Shown here piece by piece: positions 42,083-43,336 of a stretch of 43,336 nt of DNA. The notes under the pieces are model-generated. The model did no database searches. It saw nothing but the letters and a program-made list of their open reading frames with translations, and was not told where the DNA came from. Origin of the DNA: Sphaeroforma arctica JP610 (lineage: Eukaryota); NCBI RefSeq assembly GCF_001186125.1, contig NW_014040302.1:1-43336 (forward strand), in the 5' to 3' direction. The number at the start of each line of letters is the position of its first letter. The first letter of the stretch is position 1. Position numbers and translations under genes: made by a program.

Positions 42083-42930
42083 TCAATCTGTGATCGGTGC
42101 ATCGAGATTGACAAGACCACGGGCAACCCGATCCTTTAACCCACTGAATCCCAAATAGTTACGTAACTCTTCCATGTTACGTTCGATCGAAATACGTTCT
42201 CGCGCGATATCTCTATCAGCTTGGCTGCGCTCAATATCAAATGCGAACTGGCCAGGTTGTTTCTTTCTGGGTGCACACACACACACCCTCAGCTTTTCGA
42301 GTTCGTATCGGTCTGTAAACCCTTTATCATAAATGTACACCATTAACGTTGAGCCGTCACCGGATAATAGTTTGACCATATGATTCAATATTATGAATCC
42401 CGTTATCTGTCGATGATCCAGGATAAGACTTACTTATATCGCACAAGTAAGTCCCGCCATTACTAACTACGTTAAACTTTAATGTCGGGTACGACTTATA
42501 CTCATTATGGAAACAACTCTGGGCATCGACGTCGCAACCGGCTTTCTCGAGTCGAGTTTCGCAAGCATCCCCGAGTGCGATCCCAATTCTTTCGTTGAGA
42601 TGCAATGCAACGCATTTCCGTTCTGGTGTGAATTTTGCAGACTGCTCTGCAGTGGGCCATGGTTGTCCCTTTTCAAATATATAACTTATTGCTGTAACAT
42701 ATGTGGTGTATATGATGTACTTACAAGTTTTTCCTGTGACGTCAAAATGAGCACCTAGACTGCTCAAGTTATTTTTTGACTTTCGAAACGCACATATAAA
42801 TATTTTTCAAACCTCTGCCAAGTGGTAAGTTTTGAGCGATTTTTACCTCTCATCTCGATGGGAGATTCTGTATATTCATCATCGTTGTTATCTTCCTCAA
42901 GAGCTCCAGGATCAAGCTTCCGCCTTACAT
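42083..42930 (-). pseudogene. PIF/Harbinger (ISL2EU-like) DDE_Tnp_4 transposase, frameshifted
   Basis: Three frames join. HTH_Tnp_4-like: GKNRSKLTTWQRFEKYLYVR / LSSLGAHFDVTGKTCKYIIYTTYV...QPWPT. Catalytic core: IALGDACETRLEK...QSCFHNEYKSYPTLKFNVV...DISKSYPGSSTDNGI / YIYDKGF...APRKKQPGQF...DRDIARERISIERNMEELRNY. Frameshifts near 42390 and 42775. Confidence 0.85.
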
Positions 42931-43336
42931 TTTTCCCTCATCTTCTGATTCCACATTGTGTAATAGCCGGGCCTCCATATTAGACTCTATGTTATAAACG
43001 TACTCTTAAGCAGTACGTAAACTATAAACGTACTCTTAATAGTACAAGGAACTTAAGTTTCCGAAATGGTTTTAACGGTTTTATTAATTAATACCTTTCC
43101 ATTTTACATATCAGATATTTGGAAGAGGCCATTAAAAGGCCCCAGTAAAATACCAAACATAAGATTTGGTCTAGTTCTATTAATAGAACTATATTTACTT
43201 TCCAAGTCTATTTATATCTGAATACTTCGGTATTGAGATGGCTCAACCAAATATAGGTTTCTAGGGACTATTAACGAACGAGGAGATCGCGGCAATGGCC
43301 CGGCGCCAATACTACTACCAACTGGTTATGGGTAAA

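Larger units (their letters stand above)
39215..42930. mobile_element. Degenerate two-gene Harbinger/ISL2EU-like DNA transposon (nuclease-SWIM gene + transposase, convergent); ends not identified
   Basis: The convergent genes end ~230 bp apart, both are disrupted, and they sit in a gene-poor region. No convincing TIR or TSD was found in the window. Confidence 0.65.

Noticed and set aside
42966..43305. GCCGGGCC / GGCCCGGC as Harbinger TIRs
   Set aside because: The match is only 8 bp, both lie on the same side of the transposase, and there is no TSD.

Overview
This is eukaryotic, intron-rich draft scaffold with four N-gaps. It looks like a unicellular opisthokont/holozoan such as an ichthyosporean, but that is inference only. 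The first ~27 kb is a compact run of spliced genes in strictly alternating orientation. In order: a probable TXNDC9/PhLP3 first exon (-), PRIM2 (+, 12 exons), KRR1 (-), DDX52/ROK1 (+), an unknown protein built from three exon-sized repeats (-), an AAK+NAT N-acetylglutamate synthase-type gene (+), a JmjC/cupin_8 oxygenase (-) and PDHB (+). About 27.3-39 kb is gene-poor, with old local duplications. The last ~4 kb holds the most interesting feature, a decayed two-gene module. A PIF/Harbinger (ISL2EU-like, HTH_Tnp_4 + DDE_Tnp_4) transposase on the minus strand lies tail-to-tail with a plus-strand gene encoding an XPG/FEN1/EXO1-family 5' nuclease followed by a SAP-like helix and a SWIM zinc finger. 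This looks like an ISL2EU-type accessory gene carrying a flap-nuclease domain where a YqaJ exonuclease would be expected. All exon coordinates were read by hand from GT-AG sites and frame continuity, and no database search was run.
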